Shown: one piece after another, positions 62,401 through 64,000 of the stretch
Numbering within the stretch: position 1 is the stretch's first letter
How the letters are laid out: each line of letters starts with the position of its first letter
Source of the DNA: Takakia lepidozioides
Taxonomy: Eukaryota; Plantae; Bryophyta
Reading direction: 5' to 3'
Length of the DNA stretch: 64,000 nt
Assembly: GCA_030704615.1 (NCBI GenBank)
Contig: CM060731.1
Coordinates: 8,866,001-8,930,000 of the forward strand
Made by a program: the position numbers and the translations under genes
Notes under the pieces: model-generated
Told to the model about the DNA's origin: nothing
The model's database searches: none
What the model saw: only the letters and a program-made list of their open reading frames with translations

Positions 62401-64000
62401 AGAAGACCTCGAGGGGTCAGAGAGTATGACTGGAGGGGAGGACTGGATGAGGAGCAGGAAGCTACCCTGTTCGCTGCACACCCAGAGTGGGAACAGGTTG
62501 CAGAGATGCAGCTGGAAGGCCTAAGTTGTTTAAAAGGTATCTCTTGTGGTGTAGTGACAACAACACCAATTGAGGGTGAAACAAGCAGTTACCCACCACA
62601 TTTCTATGAAGAAAGAGAAGGAGAAATGGAAATCCTAGAGGAACCAGCCACTGTGAGTTTACAGGATGAAGTGGTGACTGGTTGGACAATCACAGCTGAT
62701 GAGCAGGTGAGAGAAGTGAATGTGGGAACTGAAGAGGAACCGAGGATGGTGAAGGTAGGGGCTGATTTGGAGCCAGAATTTTTTGAGGAAGCTAAGAGTT
62801 TGTTCATCAAATACAGAGATGTATTTGCTTGGAGCTACGAGGATCTAAAAGGGATACCACCTGAGATCTGTCAGCATAAGATTGAATTGGAACCAGGGTC
62901 AGTACCAATCAAACAGGCAAGGTACAGAATGAATCCCAACTATGCACAGAAGGTTGGAGAAGAGATCAAGAAGTTGGCTGAGGCTAAGTTTATATACCCG
63001 ATAGAGTATACAACTTGGTTGTCACCCATTGTGATAGTTCCCAAGAAGAATGGTAAACTGAGAGTTTGTGTGAACTATAAGAAGTTGAATGCTTGCACGA
63101 AGAAAGATCATTTCCCTTTGCCATTCACAGAAGCGGTATTGGACACTGTGGCAGGCCATGAGATGTACTCATTCATGGATGGCTTCAGTGGTTATAATCA
63201 AGTGCAAGTGGCAGAAGAAGACCAGGGAAAGACAGCTTTCATCACAGACTGGGGTGCTTATGCATACAAAGTCATGCCTTTTGGACTTTGTAATGCACCA
63301 GCAACCTTTCAGAGAGTGATAAGTGAATCTTTTCATGAGTATCTGGATGATTTCATGCAGGTGTTCTTGGATGATTTCAGTGTGTACAGCTCTAAGAATG
63401 AGCACTTGCATAAATTGGAGTTATGTTTGGCCAGATGCAGGATGAGAGGTCTGGGCCTGAATCCAGAGAAGTGTACTTTCTGTGTGAACTCAGGGGTGCT
63501 TTTGGGACACATTGTGTGTAAGAGGGGACTTCTTGTGGATCCCAGGAAGACAGAGGCCATTAAAGCCTCTCCACCACCAGTAAATGTTAAGAGTCTAAGG
63601 AGATTCCTTGGACAAACCAGTTATTACAGAAGATTTGTCAAAAGGTATGCACAGATAGCAGCACCATTGAGCAAGCTTCTGAAGAAAGATGCAGTGTTTG
63701 CATGGACAGCTGAATGTCAACAGGCTTTTGAGGAACTTACATTGTCAGTAACAACTACACCTGTGCTGATTAACCCTCACTGGCATGTAGTATTTCATGT
63801 TCACTGTGATGCCTCAGGAGAAGCGTTGGGAGCGGTGTTAGCCCAAAATGTTACAGGAAATATAGATTCACCTGTGTACTATGCTAGCAGGTTGATGAAC
63901 AGTGCTGAAAGGAACTATAGCACAACTGAAAGAGAAGCACTGGCAATGATTTATGCAGTCAAGAAATTCAGGCATTACCTATTGGGAAGAAAGTTTATGT
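59488..64000 (+). pseudogene. Gypsy gag-pol in a single frame with four premature stops in the gag part
   Basis: In-frame stops at 60862 (TAA), 61165, 61312 and 61828 (TAG); the frame appears open from 61831 to the window end. Confidence 0.9.

Larger units (their letters stand above)
57998..64000 (+). mobile_element. Ty3/Gypsy LTR retrotransposon (non-chromovirus type), continues beyond the window
   Basis: 5' LTR TGTT...AACA, PBS, extra ORF, gag (FPIYSGKGDPDVHI, three zinc knuckles), protease (VLIDGG), RT (WLSPIVIVPKKNGKLRVCV, FMDGFSGYNQ, FLDDF), RNase H (HCDASG, AERNYSTTEREAL). Confidence 0.95.

Overview
This is eukaryotic nuclear DNA from a land plant. The transposon families and PLS-class PPR fragment suggest a bryophyte or other non-seed plant (inference). 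Three intact spliced genes lie on the minus strand: a 206-aa chloroplast protein with a transit peptide and twin-arginine lumen signal (8766-10423), an NRT1/PTR (NPF) transporter with a degenerate ExxER/K motif (11824-15976), and the terminal uridylyltransferase URT1 (30613-36931). Most of the rest is nested transposons and gene debris. These are a full-length decayed Copia element (2278-6948), three hAT-type MITEs (20.5-21.8 kb), a TTAA-flanked piggyBac-like element (22336-23344), a probable Dualen/RandI LINE fragment with a methyltransferase-like motif, an L1 3' fragment, a Sola1-like transposase pseudogene, and a Gypsy gag remnant cut by a CACTA end. PPR and partly inverted eIF4A gene fragments follow, then a Mutator-like element with a GCM-like domain, SWIM finger and palindromic end arrays. 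Inserted into the Mutator-like element is a Ty3/Gypsy element running off the window end. It carries an uninterrupted extra ORF with an F-box-like motif upstream of a stop-riddled gag. Coordinates and exon models were derived by eye, and protein family calls come from recalled motifs, not database searches.
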